DNA from: Macrostomum lignano
Lineage: Eukaryota
DNA: 64,000 bases
Direction: 5' to 3'
Assembly: GCA_002269645.1 (NCBI GenBank)
Contig: NIVC01002550.1
Coordinates: 38,119-102,118 of the forward strand
The notes beneath the pieces are model-generated. The model was not told where the DNA came from. It made no database searches and saw only the letters and a list, made by a program, of their open reading frames with translations. The translations under genes were made by a program, and so were the position numbers. Below, piece by piece: positions 62,601 to 64,000 of this stretch (positions are counted from its first letter, which is position 1; each line of letters starts with the position of its first letter).

Positions 62601-64000
62601 ACTATGGACTATTGGGACTTGACTGCGGACGCCTGACTGCGCAATGGAACGATACTGATATGTAGTTGTTCGTATATAATTTGGTAATATTAATGTCTAC
62701 TTAGTATTGTAATAATCCACTATTCATTAGGGAATTTAAAGTTATTTAAAAGACGGTCATATCGCAATTTTGCGTTCGTTTGCCTTAGTTTACCATAAAG
62801 AATTTAACATCATGATACTAAAACTGTATCCGATCTGTTCAAATATATAGAATAAGACAAGTCAAGTCGATTCGACCCTAAGACTGTTTCTCACTACGAA
62901 GGTTCAATTTATTATTGTGCATGGCCGTCAGTACCGAGCTCAGAAGGATCTCGTCACAGCAACACTTACAATTACCCGGTTTTTTCGGATGTGATTGGTT
63001 TGTAGATCAGTGACTGAGAATTGAAAACAGATTATGTCTTTTGGCGTGTTATACTTTAGTCCGTTAAATTCAAGTATACTTAGTTTTTTGAGCAAGTGAT
63101 AGTACAACGAACAGGAACGTTGGCGAAGAACTGCAGAAATGAACAGGTTGGACAACGAAAAAATGATATTGAAGCATTCAATCAAGACAGTTTAGTGGCT
63201 TACGAATGTTAGAAATTCAAAATATGAATGTATACCGAGCCGAATAACTGTTAAGATATTTGGTGGCCTACTACTGTCTTAAACTAACTTTTTGTCCCAT
63301 CTTTGAAGTATGTATATATTTGGCTGGTAAATTTCAAATACGTTTAAAATAAAAAATAGGAGTTTGTATCGTTCGTAATTCTCAATGGTCTTTTCTTGAA
63401 AATTTAAAAATTGGGGTCTTGAATGACTCCTGGTACGAAAGGCAGTATGGGGAGAAAGTATAAGGCGCAGCAGGCGGCTTATTTACTGCCTGTAGCCTAT
63501 TCTGAGCTGGGTTTTGCTTGCAGAGGGATTGTGGCACAATTTCACTTCTGCAATTTATTAAGCTCTTTTCTTTTGTTCTTTGTGGGTGCGTGTTTCCCCT
63601 ATTCTTGTAATGCAGAAATAGCTATGTCGTTTTTCAGCAACTTGGTTGATCGGTGTTGTTGGGGTCTTTCTTTCTCGTTCTTTGTGGCTGCACTGCAGTT
63701 TAGTTGGAATTCCTGTAGAATACCCTACCATTTGGTTCGGTACCTTATTTGATTTTTAATACAAAAATAAGGTATGTGCGTAATAAAATTTCTGACGGGT
63801 ACCTTATTACGTGTTTTGCAATTGAAAAATGGGGTATGGACGTAATTTTCTATTACTACGAGCTACTGCTGCCCCTCCCCTCAGACCCTTCAGTGGCCGC
63901 TATTCTCCTTACTTAATTAATATTTCTACAGTGATAAAAGCCAAATAAATGTGAGCATATCTCGCCATCTCACTGCAGCGCTCAGACCAGGCATCATGAA

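Larger units (their letters stand above)
61067..63867. mobile_element. Non-autonomous mini-Polinton/Maverick (2801 bp)
   Basis: 6-bp TSD GCTGCC (61061-61066, 63868-63873); termini AGTAG...CTACT; TIRs near-identical over ~100 bp and recognisable to ~280-320 bp. Carries an adenain-like protease ORF and a capsid remnant. Confidence 0.85.

Noticed and set aside
62940-63185. 81-aa minus-strand ORF as the N-terminal part of the Polinton capsid
   Set aside because: AT-rich with only vague resemblance; cannot be supported without a profile search.
61063-63872. Alternative boundary for the 2.8-kb element: CAGTAG...CTACTG with 4-bp TSD CTGC
   Set aside because: Formally possible, but a 6-bp TSD with AG...CT termini agrees with the adenain protease and capsid remnant (Polinton), and CTGC is not the TTAA target typical of 4-bp-TSD superfamilies.

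Overview
Eukaryotic (metazoan) genomic DNA. GC/Ala-rich exons sit among introns and spacers packed with more than 30 different minisatellites, a style that suggests a free-living flatworm such as Macrostomum (inference from composition only). Genes reconstructed by hand from splice sites: the last exon of an unknown Cys-rich protein (+); PWP1 (-); a 14-exon, ~1417-aa DNAAF8/Daap1-like protein with about five degenerate NDK-like repeats (+, head-to-head with PWP1); two head-to-head beta-tubulin genes encoding the same 443-aa protein, with signs of gene conversion; an NPY/NPF-type GPCR (-); BUD23 (-); an RNF34/RFFL E3 ligase with three frameshifts (+); and RPP30 (+). The most striking accessory feature is a 2.8-kb Polinton/Maverick-derived element (61067-63867). 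It has a 6-bp TSD, AGTAG...CTACT ends and ~200-300-bp TIRs, keeps an intact adenain-type cysteine protease ORF and a frameshifted capsid remnant, and has no polymerase or integrase ORF. Also present: a Mutator-like MITE (9-bp TSD), two hAT-like families each seen as a micro-element (44 and 63 bp) plus a longer relative, and sharply bounded CpG-depleted blocks. Most ORFs in the supplied track are artefacts of tandem repeats or antisense shadows. Family assignments rest on recalled motifs; no database search was run.
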